Program-made: the position numbers and the translations under genes
Part shown: positions 11,411 to 18,853 of the stretch, one piece after another
Layout: each line of letters opens with the position of its first letter
Numbering within the stretch: the stretch's first letter is position 1
Origin: Dickeya dadantii NCPPB 898
GTDB taxonomy: Bacteria; Pseudomonadota; Gammaproteobacteria; Enterobacterales; Enterobacteriaceae
Length of the DNA: 32,000 bases
Assembly (NCBI RefSeq): GCF_000406145.1
Contig: NZ_CM001976.1
Span: forward strand, 3,915,277-3,947,276
Direction of reading: 5' to 3'
The notes under the pieces: model-generated
Database searches by the model: none
Told to the model about the DNA's origin: nothing
The model's input: only the letters and a program-made list of their open reading frames with translations

Positions 11411-11956
11411 ATGGCCAGCAGAGGCGTTAATAAAGTGATTCTTATCGGGAATCTGGGTCAGGACCCGGAAGTCCGTTACATGCCGAACGGCGGCGCAGTC
11501 GCTAACCTGACTCTGGCCACGTCGGACAGCTGGCGCGACAAGCAGACCGGCGAGCAGAAAGAACGCACCGAGTGGCACCGCGTGGCGCTGTACGGCAAGC
11601 TGGCGGAAATCGCCGGTGAATACCTGCGCAAAGGCTCTCAGGTATATATCGAAGGCCAGCTGCGCACCCGCAAATGGCAGGATCAGGGCGGCCAGGATCG
11701 CTACACCACCGAAGTGGTAGTCGATATCTCCGGCAGCATGCAGATGCTGGGCGGTCGCACAGGCGGCGGCGCTCCGGCCGGCGGCGGCATGGGCAACAAC
11801 GCGGGCGGCAATCCGCAGCAAGGCGGTTGGGGTCAGCCGCAACAGCCGCAGCAAGCTAACCAGTTCAGCGGCGGCGGTCAGTCCCGTCCGCAGCAAAGCG
11901 CGCCGATGCCGAGCAACGAGCCGCCGATGGATTTTGATGACGACATTCCGTTCTGA
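11411..11956 (+). CDS. ssb: Single-stranded DNA-binding protein
   Basis: [54 protein letters not shown] is an OB fold. A Gly/Gln/Pro-rich linker follows, then the acidic tip DFDDDIPF. Confidence 0.98.
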   Translation: MASRGVNKVILIGNLGQDPEVRYMPNGGAVANLTLATSDSWRDKQTGEQKERTEWHRVALYGKLAEIAGEYLRKGSQVYIEGQLRTRKWQDQGGQDRYTTEVVVDISGSMQMLGGRTGGGAPAGGGMGNNAGGNPQQGGWGQPQQPQQANQFSGGGQSRPQQSAPMPSNEPPMDFDDDIPF

Positions 11957-11983
11957 TAAGCGTCATCACCTTCCCCTCCCCAC

Positions 11984-12013
11984 AACGCCCTGCTCTAGCA
12001 GGGCGTTGCTTTA
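11984..12013 (+). terminator. Terminator hairpin after ssb
   Basis: AACGCCCTGC-TCTA-GCAGGGCGTT (10-bp stem) followed by GCTTTAT. It sits between the convergent ssb and flavin reductase genes. Confidence 0.65.
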
Positions 12014-12016
12014 TAG

Positions 12017-12595
12017 TCACGATTCTTTCGCATCCAGCGCATCGCCGATGGCGTAGTAGTGCCCGCCCGCCACATGGTGCAGGCTGCGCCATTGCGGGTC
12101 GGTGTCTTCAAAATGCCAGTGACCGTCGCGGAATACGTGAGAATCCGCCCAGGCGCCGATGACCTCGCCGATAAACAGGTCGTAAGTTTGCTGGTTGTGG
12201 GATTCAGGAATCAGTTTGCACAGCAGCCAGGCGGCGCAACCGGCAACCAGCGGAACATCCGATTCGCCGGTGCGAAACAGTTCCACCTGGCAGCGTGCCA
12301 GCTTGTCCGGATTATCCCGCAGGCTGATGCTGCCGACCTGATTGGTCAGTTCCAGTTGCGCCGCCGTCGGCACCTGAATGGCAAAATAGCCGCTGTTTTC
12401 CAGCAGCTCACGTGTTTTGGTCGCCTTATCCAGTACCACGGTCAGCTTGGGCGGTGCGAAATCCAGCGCACAGCACCAGGCCGCCGCCATCACATCCTCC
12501 ACGCCGTCATGACAGGCCGACACCAGCACCGTCGGCCCGTGGTTAACCAGTCGATAGGCTTTTGCCAGTTCAACCGGTGAAATCGCGCTATTCAT
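12017..12595 (-). CDS. Flavin reductase-like (FMN-binding split-barrel) family protein
   Basis: 192 aa from ATG 12595 (AGGAGT SD): MNSAISPVELAKAYRLVNHGPTVLVSA...MAAAWCCALDFAPPKLTVVLDK...DLFIGEV resembles Flavin_Reduct domain proteins. The track start at 12670 is probably too far upstream. Confidence 0.7.
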   Translation of the reverse strand: MNSAISPVELAKAYRLVNHGPTVLVSACHDGVEDVMAAAWCCALDFAPPKLTVVLDKATKTRELLENSGYFAIQVPTAAQLELTNQVGSISLRDNPDKLARCQVELFRTGESDVPLVAGCAAWLLCKLIPESHNQQTYDLFIGEVIGAWADSHVFRDGHWHFEDTDPQWRSLHHVAGGHYYAIGDALDAKES

Positions 12596-12629
12596 ATTGA
12601 CTCCTGCGTTATGCATGTTGCCCTTAACT

Positions 12630-12863
12630 TTACACCAGATGCTCAGCGGTAATCCTCCGCACACCGGCACAGGGGTTCAACACCGCCTCCAGCAACGCAT
12701 CCACCTGCCACCCGCCGGCGTCTTCCGGTAATTGTTCAAAATTCACCTGCGGCGCGATCAATTTGTCATGGGCCGATAATACGCTAATACGCGACTCTGC
12801 CAGCGCTTTTAATAACACCTGATGGCCGACCAGCCCGGTTACTCCCGCTAGTAATAATTTCAT
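12630..12863 (-). pseudogene. Remnant of an NAD(P)H-binding (YraR/HTATIP2-like) oxidoreductase, apparently internally deleted
   Basis: The 77-aa ORF starts with the Rossmann motif MKLLLAGVTGLVGHQVL and ends with LLEAVLNPCAGVRRITAEHLV, which resembles the C-terminus of about 210-aa family members as I recall them. The central roughly 130 aa are missing. This is inference from remembered family architecture. Confidence 0.4.
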
Positions 12864-13042
12864 GACTTATTCTTCCTATTTAGCGGTATATATTTGTCGT
12901 TATGGTGCACAGATGGAGAACTTAATTTTACCTGCATCACTTTACCTGAACATTCCGGGATTTTTACCAAGTTTACTACCGCTTTTTATGTACTCTTTAT
13001 GGGGACGAAACCTTCTTAGTAATACCACATAGGAGAAAGTAT

Positions 13043-13531
13043 ATGGCTGTAGAAATTCAAGAAAATGAGGTAAGGGCTGCGGCCGCCGGAGAGGGAATAC
13101 ACTATCCCTCTTTGTCCAGTTGTATGTCGATCACTTGCATCCTGAATAATGGCAGTAAGGTCGGTGCCCATGCCTATCAATTTGGCGACAGTGGAATAAC
13201 GCTGATCAATCGGATGAAAGCGTTGATCGGCAACAACATTGTAGTCGCTGTTAAAGCCAAGGGCCATGGAGGCTGTTGGGGAAAAAACCTGCAATCCCAG
13301 TTCGAACTGGCTCCAGAGGCAATACAGAAATGGAAAGATGCCAATCCAAATATCAACAGGGAGCCTACCGACCTGGAGCTCATACCTTATTTTCAGCCAC
13401 TTTTTATTACCGCAGATCCGGTAGTATTTAGAAACTGGCTCAACGCTCAATTCACCGTCCAAAATGCAACATTTACCGATATGAGCATTGACGGAAATGT
13501 CGATATTGATGCCAATGGCAATTTCTATTGA
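13043..13531 (+). CDS. Orphan hypothetical protein, 162 aa (weak by-eye CheD/deamidase-like motifs)
   Basis: AGGAGA SD lies 6 nt upstream of the ATG. The gene is visibly AT-rich compared with its neighbours. Motifs LSSCMSITCIL..SKVGAHAYQFGDSG and AVKAKGHGG loosely parallel the CheD motifs GLGSC....(A)GxAH.MLPDS and AK.AGGA. No confident family assignment. Confidence 0.6.
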   Translation: MAVEIQENEVRAAAAGEGIHYPSLSSCMSITCILNNGSKVGAHAYQFGDSGITLINRMKALIGNNIVVAVKAKGHGGCWGKNLQSQFELAPEAIQKWKDANPNINREPTDLELIPYFQPLFITADPVVFRNWLNAQFTVQNATFTDMSIDGNVDIDANGNFY

Positions 13532-13643
13532 TAGCTCGGTGAGCCAACACTAGCCATAACCGTTCACAGTAGCTATCCGCTTACTGGCTATAAAAACAAG
13601 AAAGAGAAAATATCCAGAAAAAACATCGGTAATGATCGTTAAT

Positions 13644-13680
13644 AAAACAGGCAGGATGAAATAGTCCCATCCTGCCTGTT
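13644..13680. terminator. Bidirectional-type rho-independent terminator
   Basis: AAACAGGCAGGATG-(9 nt loop)-CATCCTGCCTGTTT forms a 14-bp perfect stem. It is flanked by an A-run on the left and TTTAATTT on the right. It separates the orphan gene from the CIS operon. Confidence 0.75.
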
Positions 13681-13815
13681 TAATTTACGATTAATACAGC
13701 CAAACCATCGAATACTCTTTTCGCCATGAACTGCATCAGCAATACTCCTTTTTATTAACGGTCCCCCTCATCATAGGCATTATTTAGATTGGGGGAATTT
13801 AACAAAGGAAACCCC

Positions 13816-14403
13816 ATGATCCACGCCTCCATCAATTACCTCACCAGGCAATTGAATCAATACCTGAAAAATACCCTGAATCTGCATGACGATGTCGTGG
13901 TGATAGCCAACCCAGCCGACGACGATGGCAAGATGTTTCCGCTGGCGAAAAATAAGCTGGTGGTATTTTTGTCGAATATTGAAAGGGAAATGCTGCCCCA
14001 CCGGAGCAATGCCGCGCCCCCCGGCAACCGCTTCGCGGTGACTACGCCACCGTTATTTGTGCGGGTGTCGATGGTGGTAGCGGCGAATTTTACCGGCTCG
14101 CAATACGCGGAAGGATTACAGGTGATCGCCCATGCGATGGCGTTCCTTCATAAGAATGCCCAGCTTAACCGTTATAACGCCCCAGATATGGACGAGGCAA
14201 TTGAGCAAATATTATTAGAAATGGACAGCCTGCCGCGTCATGAGCTGGGAAATATGTGGACGATGCTGGGAATCCGCTATTTACCGTCGGCGGTATATCG
14301 CCTGCGGGTAAAAATTGCCGACAGTCAGGCGATTCAGTCTCAGTCGGAAGGCGTCAGGCAGTTGCATACTGTCGTGACAAAGGATTACGTGACCAAGGAT
14401 TAA
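13816..14403 (+). CDS. CIS tail terminator/cap protein (DUF4255, Pvc16/Afp16 N-terminal-domain-like)
   Basis: MIHASINYLTRQLNQYLKNTLNL.DDVVVIANPAD..G......NKLVVFLSNIEREM matches the DUF4255 N-terminal pattern as I recall it. ATG 13816 has an AAGGA SD; the track's TTG 13789 is probably not the start. Confidence 0.72.
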   Translation: MIHASINYLTRQLNQYLKNTLNLHDDVVVIANPADDDGKMFPLAKNKLVVFLSNIEREMLPHRSNAAPPGNRFAVTTPPLFVRVSMVVAANFTGSQYAEGLQVIAHAMAFLHKNAQLNRYNAPDMDEAIEQILLEMDSLPRHELGNMWTMLGIRYLPSAVYRLRVKIADSQAIQSQSEGVRQLHTVVTKDYVTKD

Positions 14404-14409
14404 TCACCC

Positions 14410-15207
14410 ATGAGCGATTACGGCCAGCTGTTTCAATTGCGCATCGAGCATGAATTTTTTGCCGGCTGCGCCAGCCTGCCGTTTTATGGCGAACTGGCGC
14501 CGCACAGCCAGCCGGCGGCGACTCGCACCGGGCTGCTGATTAAACCGTTGGTCGACGGGCTGATGGTGCTGGCGGATCGGTCGCAGAACGCCCTGCTTAT
14601 GGCGGAAACACTCTCGTTGCAGTGGTGGTTTTACAGTCGGGAACCCGGTTTTCTCAGCTATACTGCGCTGCCCGAGCTGGCGCAACCGGAGACGCCGTAC
14701 TTTCGCTATACGCTAAATGGATCAGAACCCGGCGAGGTGCGTCTGGAAGCGGCCAATAGCACTGCGCCAGAGAAATCCCTCAGCCCGCGCGCGCAGCCGG
14801 CGGGCCTGCTCTGGCGGGTTGATATCGATATTAGCGCCGCCGCCATTACTGCGTTCGCCGGCCAGCGGGGAGCGCCGTTATTGATTGTGCCGTTTCACAG
14901 CCAACGGCGGCGCTGGAAATACCTGTTCACCGCGCCGTATGTGAATACGCAATCGCGTATTCAGGATAGTCGTCAGAATAATCAGTTTGATTATCTGGGA
15001 ATGGAAATACTGGCTAACGGCCAAGGCGCGCTGGCGTTTATTTCCCGTCAGCCATTAAAAATGCAGAAAAAATCTGATTACCATTTTCAGCTTTATCAGG
15101 AAAACAAAATATTAATTGACCCATTACCGGTGGCGACGCCACTTAGTCAGAGTCGATTAAAAACCGAAAAGACATCGGAAATCGTATCGGAAATTATTGT
15201 TAACTGA
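14410..15207 (+). CDS. Hypothetical protein of the CIS operon (265 aa, no recognisable domain)
   Basis: The ORF starts 7 nt after the cap gene stop, on the same strand. Its N-terminal two-thirds show the operon's GC3-rich codon pattern. I recognise no motif. Confidence 0.6.
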   Translation: MSDYGQLFQLRIEHEFFAGCASLPFYGELAPHSQPAATRTGLLIKPLVDGLMVLADRSQNALLMAETLSLQWWFYSREPGFLSYTALPELAQPETPYFRYTLNGSEPGEVRLEAANSTAPEKSLSPRAQPAGLLWRVDIDISAAAITAFAGQRGAPLLIVPFHSQRRRWKYLFTAPYVNTQSRIQDSRQNNQFDYLGMEILANGQGALAFISRQPLKMQKKSDYHFQLYQENKILIDPLPVATPLSQSRLKTEKTSEIVSEIIVN

Positions 15208-15351
15208 CATACCGACTTAAAAAAGTGTAATAGAGAAAAATAAGAAAAAATAATCAACCAGCATATTAATAACCGGAGCAGGCACCATCCTATTTATCGG
15301 CACCACAAGGCCCGAGGGTGGTTATATCTCTCAAGCAGAAGGAATCAAACT

Positions 15352-16905
15352 ATGGGCGTGATGAAAACCCCGGGCGTTTATATTGTCGAAAAAAATGCCT
15401 TCCCCAATTCAGTGGTGGAAGTCGCCACCGCGGTGCCGGCATTTATCGGCTATACCGAAAAAGCAGAAAATGGCGGCGTATCGCTACGCAATAAAGCCTG
15501 GCGCATTACGTCTATGTCGGATTTTCGTCATTATTTCGGCGGCGCGCCGCTGCATAAATTCGATATCGTCGAAAAAACCGATACGGTATTGGGCGACGCC
15601 GCGTTCAGCCAGGCCGGCAAAACCTATGCCCTCACTCAGGCCAATACCCGCTATCTGCTGTATTACAGCATGCTGTTCTTTTTCCAGAACGGCGGCGGCC
15701 CCTGCTACATCATCTCAGTGGGCGGCTATCAGGATGCGATCGACGCCGACACCCTGAAAAACGGCATCGCGCCGCTGCTCAAGGAGCCGGAACCGACTAT
15801 GGTGCTGACGCCTGAAGCGGTATGCCTGAAAGAAGACGACTGCATCAACGTACAGCAGGCGGTGCTGGCTCACTGCGGCGGCACCATGAAAAACCGCGTC
15901 GCCATTCTCGACGTTTGGGAAGGCTATAAAGACAGACAGGACCCCAGCGGCGACTGCATCGCCAACTTCCGTTCCAAACTGGGCATCAACTATCTGGATT
16001 ACGCCACCGCGTATTACCCGTGGCTGAACACCTCGATCATTCAGGACAGCGAGATCAGCTTCGCCAACGTCAATAACCCGGACATCCTGACCACGGCGCT
16101 GAACGCCGAGATCGCCGGGGCGTTCAAAGAGCTGGACGGGCTGAGCGCCGAGCAGTTGAACAGCGGCGGCAATAAGCTGAAAGCGGCCAAAAAGCAGCAG
16201 ATGCTGGACGAAGTCGCCAAACTGACGGTGGAGCAGAGCGAAGCGGAAAAAACGCTGCTGCATAAGATCCTGTTCTCCATCAGCCCCATCTACAAAAGCG
16301 TGCTGGAAAACATCCGACGCCAGCAGAACCAACTGCCGCCGGCCGCGTCGATGGCGGGCATCTACACCATGGTGGATAACGCGCGCGGCGTGTGGAAAGC
16401 CCCGGCCAACGTCAGCCTGAACGCGGTGGTTTCCCCCAGCGTGAACATCAGCGCCGACGAACAGGAAGACCTGAACGTCACCACCCAGGGCAAATCGATC
16501 AACGCGCTGCGCACCTTCACCGGCGAAGGCACGCTGGTGTGGGGCGCCCGCACGCTGGACGGCAACAGCCTCGACTGGCGCTACGTCAACGTGCGCCGGA
16601 CCATGATCATGCTGGAAGAATCAATCAAACAGGCCGCCAAAGCCTACGTGTTCGAACCCAACACCGCCAATACCTGGGTATCGATGGAGAGCATGATAGA
16701 AAACTTCCTGTTCGGGATCTGGAAACGCGGCGGGCTGGCGGGCGCCTCGCCGGAAGACGCCTACAGCGTGGACGTCGGGCTCGGCAAAACCATGACGCCA
16801 CAGGACATTCTGGAAGGGATCCTGCGCATTACCGTGCTGGTGGCGATTAGCCGCCCGGCCGAGTTTATCGAAATTACCTTCCAGCAGCAGATGCAGAAAT
16901 CCTGA
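15352..16905 (+). CDS. Contractile tail sheath protein (phage sheath family; Afp2-4/Pvc2-4 equivalent, single copy)
   Basis: 517 aa. The N-terminus MKTPGVYIVEKNAFPNSVVEVATAVPAFIGYTEKA and the C-terminal INALRTFTGEGTLVWGARTL...RYVNVRR are sheath-family hallmarks. Confidence 0.92.
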   Translation: MGVMKTPGVYIVEKNAFPNSVVEVATAVPAFIGYTEKAENGGVSLRNKAWRITSMSDFRHYFGGAPLHKFDIVEKTDTVLGDAAFSQAGKTYALTQANTRYLLYYSMLFFFQNGGGPCYIISVGGYQDAIDADTLKNGIAPLLKEPEPTMVLTPEAVCLKEDDCINVQQAVLAHCGGTMKNRVAILDVWEGYKDRQDPSGDCIANFRSKLGINYLDYATAYYPWLNTSIIQDSEISFANVNNPDILTTALNAEIAGAFKELDGLSAEQLNSGGNKLKAAKKQQMLDEVAKLTVEQSEAEKTLLHKILFSISPIYKSVLENIRRQQNQLPPAASMAGIYTMVDNARGVWKAPANVSLNAVVSPSVNISADEQEDLNVTTQGKSINALRTFTGEGTLVWGARTLDGNSLDWRYVNVRRTMIMLEESIKQAAKAYVFEPNTANTWVSMESMIENFLFGIWKRGGLAGASPEDAYSVDVGLGKTMTPQDILEGILRITVLVAISRPAEFIEITFQQQMQKS

Positions 16906-16959
16906 TGCTGACCGCTGACGACCTGATGTTTTTTATCACTCTATTTAAGGAGAACACTC

Positions 16960-17430
16960 ATGGCAGATGACGGTTCCGCTCAGTCGAACACCGTATGGCC
17001 GATGCCCAAATTTCACTTTGAAGTGAAATGGGACGGCGGCGCGGGCGCCAGTATGGTGGCGTCGTTTCAGGAAATTACCGGCCTGGATATCGAAGCGCAG
17101 ATCATCGAATACCGCGCCGGCAACAGCCCGGTATTTTCCACCATCAAAATGCCCGGCATTATCAAATCCGGCAACGTGACGCTGAAAAAAGGCATTTTCG
17201 TCAAAGACAATAACTTCTACGACTGGTTCTCGAAAATAAAGATGAACACCATCGCCCGCACCGCCGTCACCATCAATTTGCTGGATGAAAGCGGCAGCCC
17301 GGCCATGACGTGGAAGCTCAAAAATGCCTGGCCGACCAAAGTCAGCGGTACCGATTTGAAATCAGACGGCAATGAAGTGGCGATTGAAACCATCGAGCTG
17401 GCACACGAAGGGCTGGAAGTGTCGGTGTAA
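16960..17430 (+). CDS. Inner tube protein (T4 gp19-like / Afp1-Afp5-like), copy 1
   Basis: 156 aa. WPMPKFHFEVKWDG...FQEITGLDIEAQIIEYRAGNSP...TLKKGI is typical of the conserved phage tail tube family. Strong SD (AAGGAGA). Confidence 0.88.
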   Translation: MADDGSAQSNTVWPMPKFHFEVKWDGGAGASMVASFQEITGLDIEAQIIEYRAGNSPVFSTIKMPGIIKSGNVTLKKGIFVKDNNFYDWFSKIKMNTIARTAVTINLLDESGSPAMTWKLKNAWPTKVSGTDLKSDGNEVAIETIELAHEGLEVSV

Positions 17431-17460
17431 TCACCCGCTTGCGGTGTGATTTCCCGTTCA

Positions 17461-17480
17461 CGCGGCGGGCAACCGCCGCG
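17461..17480 (+). other. Intra-operon GC hairpin after the first tube gene
   Basis: CGCGGCGG-GCAA-CCGCCGCG (8-bp GC stem, GNRA-like loop) lies in the 80-nt gap between the two tube genes. No U-tract follows. Confidence 0.5.
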
Positions 17481-17510
17481 CTAATCACAGAACAATGAAC
17501 CGACCCGGTA

Positions 17511-17975
17511 ATGCCGATGCAAAAAAAATCGCCCGGCGGCGACTGGCCGCTACCCGCGTTTTATTTCAGCGTGGAAATCGACAACAGCGGCGACGACCAG
17601 GCTTTTCAGGAAGTGGCCGGCATCGAATCGCGCATGGAAACCGAAGCGTTCACCGAAGGCGGCAATAACAGCGTCTATTACCTGCCGACCGCGGTGAAAC
17701 AGGGGCCGCTGATGCTGCGCCGCGGCCTCAGCCCCGCCGACTCGCCGCTGGTGCGCTGGTGTAAAAGCTGTTTCGAAGGGCAGTTGAATCGACCGATCGT
17801 CACCAAAGAGGTAAGCGTCAGTTTGCTGGATGAACGCGGCGATCCCCTGCGGATTTGGCTGTTTTATAACGCTTATCCGATCAGCTGGAAAATCGGTCGC
17901 TTCCACGCCGCCCGTAATGACGTAGCGATTGAAGAGATCGTGCTGTGTTTCAGTCGTTCCAAACGCAAACAGTAA
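17511..17975 (+). CDS. Inner tube protein paralogue, copy 2
   Basis: 154 aa. WPLPAFYFSVEIDNSG..FQEVAGIESRMETEAFTEGGNN...MLRRGL follows the same family pattern as copy 1. The start could be 17511 or 17517. Confidence 0.85.
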   Translation: MPMQKKSPGGDWPLPAFYFSVEIDNSGDDQAFQEVAGIESRMETEAFTEGGNNSVYYLPTAVKQGPLMLRRGLSPADSPLVRWCKSCFEGQLNRPIVTKEVSVSLLDERGDPLRIWLFYNAYPISWKIGRFHAARNDVAIEEIVLCFSRSKRKQ

Positions 17976-17995
17976 CCCCAGAAGGAAACACGATC

Positions 17996-18178
17996 ATGGC
18001 AATAGAAGTGCGACAACTGACGATTTATTCCCGCGTCATCCAACCGAATGAGCCGGATTCACCCCATCAGCCGGAAAGCGATGCGGAAAACCGCGACGTC
18101 GGGCCGTCGACCAGCCCGCTCGCCACGCCGGGAACGATCGCATTTCATCACCTGCACACCGAGCCGCGCGAACGTTAA
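17996..18178 (+). CDS. Small CIS-associated protein (DUF5908-like), 60 aa
   Basis: MAIEVRQLTIYSRVIQ resembles the MPIEI+EL.I+..V N-terminus that I recall for the small protein following tube genes in eCIS loci. GAAGGA SD is present. The rest is Pro/Ser-rich and looks disordered. Confidence 0.5.
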   Translation: MAIEVRQLTIYSRVIQPNEPDSPHQPESDAENRDVGPSTSPLATPGTIAFHHLHTEPRER

Positions 18179-18193
18179 CCGGAGCCGTTCATC

Positions 18194-18841
18194 ATGCAGA
18201 AGCTGAATATCCGCACCCTCGACAAAAAACAGCAATTTGATGTGATGCTCAACCCCGCCGGCATCCGCCATGAGCACGGCATCAATTACACCAACCGCGC
18301 CGCCGCGGGCAATCGCGCGCTCGGCAGCCTGGCGCCGCGGCTCGCTTTCGCCAGCTATCAGAGTGAAAGCCTCAGCTTCGAGATGATGATTGACGGCACC
18401 GGTGTGGTGGAGCAGCCGCAAAAACCGGACGTCGCCGGTCAAATCGCCCAGCTCAAAAACGTGGTGTACCGCTATGTCGGCGACAAGCACGAGCCCTGCG
18501 TAGTGGTGCTGACCTGGGGCACGCTGTCGTTCAAAGGGCGGCTGACCCGCCTCGCCATCCGCTATTCGCTGTTCGACGCCGCCGGCGCGCCGTTGCGCGC
18601 TACCGTCGAACTGCGTTTCGACAACTATCTGGACAACAGCGAGCAGGCGCTGCGCGCCAACCGCTCCTCGCCTGACCTCACCCACAGCGTGGTGGTGAAA
18701 CAGGGCGATACCCTGCCGCAGCTCTGCCACGCTGTCTATCAGGACAGCGCCTACTACGTGGCGGTGGCCCGTTACAACAATCTGACCAGCGTGCGTCATA
18801 TTGTGCCCGGCACCCGCCTCTACTTTCCCCCACTGGCCTAA
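18194..18841 (+). CDS. LysM-domain tube-initiator/baseplate hub protein (Afp7/Pvc7-like)
   Basis: 215 aa. The C-terminal LysM motif reads VVVKQGDTLPQLCHAVYQDSAYYVAVARYNNLTSVRHIVPGTRLYFPPL. It is positioned directly upstream of the spike gene, as in eCIS loci. Confidence 0.78.
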   Translation: MQKLNIRTLDKKQQFDVMLNPAGIRHEHGINYTNRAAAGNRALGSLAPRLAFASYQSESLSFEMMIDGTGVVEQPQKPDVAGQIAQLKNVVYRYVGDKHEPCVVVLTWGTLSFKGRLTRLAIRYSLFDAAGAPLRATVELRFDNYLDNSEQALRANRSSPDLTHSVVVKQGDTLPQLCHAVYQDSAYYVAVARYNNLTSVRHIVPGTRLYFPPLA

Positions 18842-18853
18842 CGGAATGACGAC

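Noticed and set aside
15281-15315. Possible sigma54 promoter (GGCAC...GC) upstream of the sheath gene
   Set aside because: The GG-to-GC spacing is 9 nt rather than the required 10, and the -12 element lacks TTGC. I kept it only as a direct-repeat observation.
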